In this document: piece by piece, positions 60,839 to 64,000 of the stretch
Layout of the letters: each line of letters opens with the position of its first letter
How positions within the stretch are numbered: the stretch's first letter is position 1
Position numbers and translations under genes: made by a program
The notes under the pieces: model-generated
What the model was told of the DNA's origin: nothing
Databases searched by the model: none
Seen by the model: only the letters and a program-made list of their open reading frames with translations
Source: Antedon mediterranea
Lineage: Eukaryota; Animalia; Echinodermata
Assembly: GCF_964355755.1 (NCBI RefSeq)
Contig: NC_092678.1
Coordinates: 14,720,371-14,784,370 of the forward strand
Length of the DNA: 64,000 nucleotides
Reading direction: 5' to 3'

Positions 60839-61789
60839 GTAAGTTCAACATTATTTTAAACTTCAATTATTAATATTATTAATTGTTTCTCTTAGTAAAC
60901 AAAATATTTTATTACATAAAAAATATATACTAATATAGTATATTACATTAATTTTTTTTTAATTGTACCTACATTTTGTTTAATTGTACCTACATTTTAT
61001 TTTAGGGTCCACACAGCAAAATTTGAAATTCTAAGCAAGAAAAAAAAATCTTGTTTTAAGAAAAAATTCTTAAAATAAGTATTTTTTTTCTTGTCAAGAT
61101 TTAAAATTACTTAAAACAAGAAATAATTTTCTAGAAAAGACACATTTTCTTAAATTAAGTTTTGCAATATTCTTGAAAATGCTTATTACAAGAAATATTT
61201 TACTTAAAATAAGAAGTCAATATCATTCTCTTCTTATTAAGAATAGTTTTGCTTAAAACAAGATTTGAAAATACTTAATTTGAAAAGTATTTTACTTAAA
61301 ATAAGAAATCTATATTATATTTATCCCTATCAAGAATAATTTTTCTTAAATCAAGATTGATGAATTATAAAAATTACTTAAAACAATCAATATTTTTCTA
61401 GGTAAGACAAAGTTTCTTAAATTAGGTTTCGCAATAGTCTTGAAAATACTTGTTTTGAGAAATATTTTACTTAAAATAAGAAGTCAATTTCACACTACCC
61501 TTATCAAGATTATTTTTACTTGAATCAAGATTCGCAATATTCTTGAAAATGCTTATTACAAGAAATATTTTACTTAAAATAAGAAGTCAAAATCATTCTC
61601 TTCTTATTAAGAATAGTTTTGCTTAAAACAAGATTAGAAAATACTTAATTTGAAAAGTATTTTACTTAAAATAAGAAATCAATATTATATTTATCCCTAT
61701 CAAGAATAATTTTTCTTAAATCAAGATTGATGAATTCTAAAAATTACTTAAAACAATAAATATTTTTCTAGGTAAGACAAAGTTTCTTA

Positions 61790-63075
61790 AATTAGGTTTC
61801 GCAATTTTCTTAAAAATACTTATTTTGAGAAATGTTTTACTTAAAATAAGAAGTCAATATCATACTATCTTATCAAGACTATTTTTGCTTAAATTGAGAT
61901 TCGCAATATTTTTAAAAATACTTATTTTGAGAAATGTTTTACTTAAAATAAGAAGTCAATATCATACTATCTTATCAAGAGTATTTTTACTTGAATCAAG
62001 ATTCGCAATATTCTAAAAAATACTTATTTCGAGAAATGTTTTACTTAAAATAAGAAGTCAATATCATACTATCTTATCAAGACTATTTTTGCTTAAATTG
62101 AGATTCGCAATATTTTAAAAAATACTTATTTTGAAAAATGTTTTACTTAAAATAAGAAGTCAATATCATACTATCCTATCAAGACTATTTTTGCTTGAAT
62201 TCAGATTCGCAATATTCTGATTTTGAGAAATGTTTTACTTAAAATAAGAAGTCAATATCATACTACTGTATCTTATCAAGACTATTTTTACTTGAATCAA
62301 GATTCGCAATATTCTTTAAAATACTTATTTTGAGAAATGTTTTACTTAAAATAAGAAGTCAATATCATACTATATTATCAAGACTATTTTTGCTTAAATT
62401 GAGATTCGCAATATTTTTAAAAATACTTATTTTGAGAAATGTTTTACTTAAAATAAGAAGTCAATATCATACTATCTTATCAAGACTATTTTTACTTGAA
62501 TCAAGATTCGCAATATTCTTAAAAATACTTATTTCGAGAAATGTTTTACTTAAAATAAGAAGTCAATATCATACTACAGTATCTTATCAAGACTATTTTT
62601 GCTTAAATTGAGATTCGCAATATTTAAAAAAATACTTATTTTGAAAAATGTTTTACTTAAAATAAGAAGTCAATATCATACTATCCTATCAAGACTATTT
62701 TTGCTTGAATTCAGATTCGCAATATTCTGATTTTGAGAAATGTTTTACTTAAAATAAGAAGTCAATATCATACTATCTTATCAAGACTATTTTTACTTGA
62801 ATCAAGATTCGCAATATTCTTTAAAATACTTATTTTGAGAAATGTTTTACTTAAAATAAGAAGTCAATATCATACTATCTTATCAAGACTATTTTTGCTT
62901 AAATTGAGAATCGCAATATTTTAAAAAATACTTATTTTGAGAAATGTTTTACTTACTGTAAGATAAGAAGTCAATATCATACTATATCCTATCAAGACTA
63001 TTTTTGCTTGAATTGAAGTCAATTCTATTTTAATATTCTTAAAAATACTTATTTTGAGAAATGTTTTACTTAAAA
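61790..63075 (+). repeat. 102-bp tandem array, about 12 copies
   Basis: GAGAAATGTTTTACTTAAAATAAGAAGTCAATATCATACTATCTTATCAAGACTATTTTT... head to tail. Confidence 0.95.
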
Positions 63076-63773
63076 TAGATTGTCAATATCCTTATATTCA
63101 CACAACGGTAGAGCAGTTAGCACTTCAGTTTCAACTGATGAAAGAATCTGGGTAATCAAACTGTTCGTGCTTTGAATAATCGATTGCACTGCAACCACCT
63201 AAAGAAAATAATATTGATTTAATATTTTTTATATTCAAGTTTTAATATGTTTAAAAACTAAGTTGTGCTTTAGTTGGGGAGCTATGCAGCCTAACAAAAA
63301 AAATGTTATTTGTAACAATGAAATTGGTCACAAAAAAATGCAACATAAACTTAGAGTGTATAATGCCTAGGCCTAGGCCTAGTACCCAAGTCCTATAGTT
63401 ACTATAGCTAATAGTCCTGTATATAACAGTACCAGCAAGGCCTAGGAAATAGACGTATTTCTCTAATAAAAAATAGTTTAAAATGCATAATTGTTGTAAT
63501 TTTAAAGCAAAATGGCTTACCTGTGGAATCTTGTTTCTCTCCTTTAATTTTAGTAGAAAGAAATCAGCATTTTTTATACTATTATCTGCTTGTTCATCCT
63601 CTAGTTAGTAGGCCTTCTTGCTGAGCATCAACAAGATAATTAATATTAAACAATCATTAACAGTATAACAATACTAGAATTATCACTACTACTATCGTCA
63701 GTTGATAAATCATCCCCGTTATAATAGTTTTTTTCTTCATTAACTTCGTCAGTCTCCTAGTCTAGGCCTAGTT

Positions 63774-64000
63774 CTACTTCATCCTCAATTGGCATCCTCG
63801 TTTTCTCCAGGCATACTTATTACTGATGTTTCCATCGTCAACTGCAGGAGGTTGCCGATTGTTATACTCGTCCTTAAAATGGCGTCTTATGACATGCTTG
63901 TAAAACGAATTGTAAATTCCAAAGCTTGCCGGGCAGACAGCGAACCACCAATTCCACATGTTACTCGAAAATTCGGAGTATTTCCATGAATTGAATTATA
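63774..64000 (-). pseudogene. Zinc-finger N-terminus of a probable EnSpm transposase (frameshifted)
   Basis: [19 protein letters not shown] / CPASFGIYNSFYKHVIRRH. Confidence 0.6.

Larger units (their letters stand above)
61010..64000 (+). mobile_element. EnSpm/CACTA-like element, left part, running off the window
   Basis: CACACAGCAAAA terminus, subterminal arrays, minus-strand zinc-finger remnant. Confidence 0.8.

Noticed and set aside
61790-63075. Repetitive ORFs ([13 protein letters not shown]...)
   Set aside because: Translation of a 102-bp subterminal TE array; frames are broken by indels

Overview
AT-rich, intron- and transposon-rich eukaryotic DNA, probably from a marine invertebrate deuterostome (an inference from the TE families). 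Almost the whole window is one plus-strand spliced gene that the ORF track misses. It encodes an ankyrin-repeat Roco-type GTPase (ANK array, then a Roc domain; the 3' part, including the expected COR domain, lies beyond the window). After a start micro-exon (ATG 1905) and an N-cap exon come 15 intact phase-0/phase-0 exons, each encoding exactly one ankyrin repeat, in three sequence classes (2 A, 5 B, 8 C). They were duplicated together with their flanking introns and are interspersed with at least 4 dead copies. A C-cap exon and 5 Roc exons follow (P-loop [20 protein letters not shown]). The 23 exons splice by hand into about 771 codons with no stop. The introns hold a multi-level TE nest (Gmr1-type Gypsy > RTE-X-like LINE > CR1-group LINE and Academ fold-back; both LTRs carry DNA-transposon insertions), three pieces of one EnSpm/CACTA-like family, and Kolobok, Helitron, Harbinger, SINE and LINE remnants. 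All coordinates were read by eye, and family names rest on motifs and structure, not database searches.
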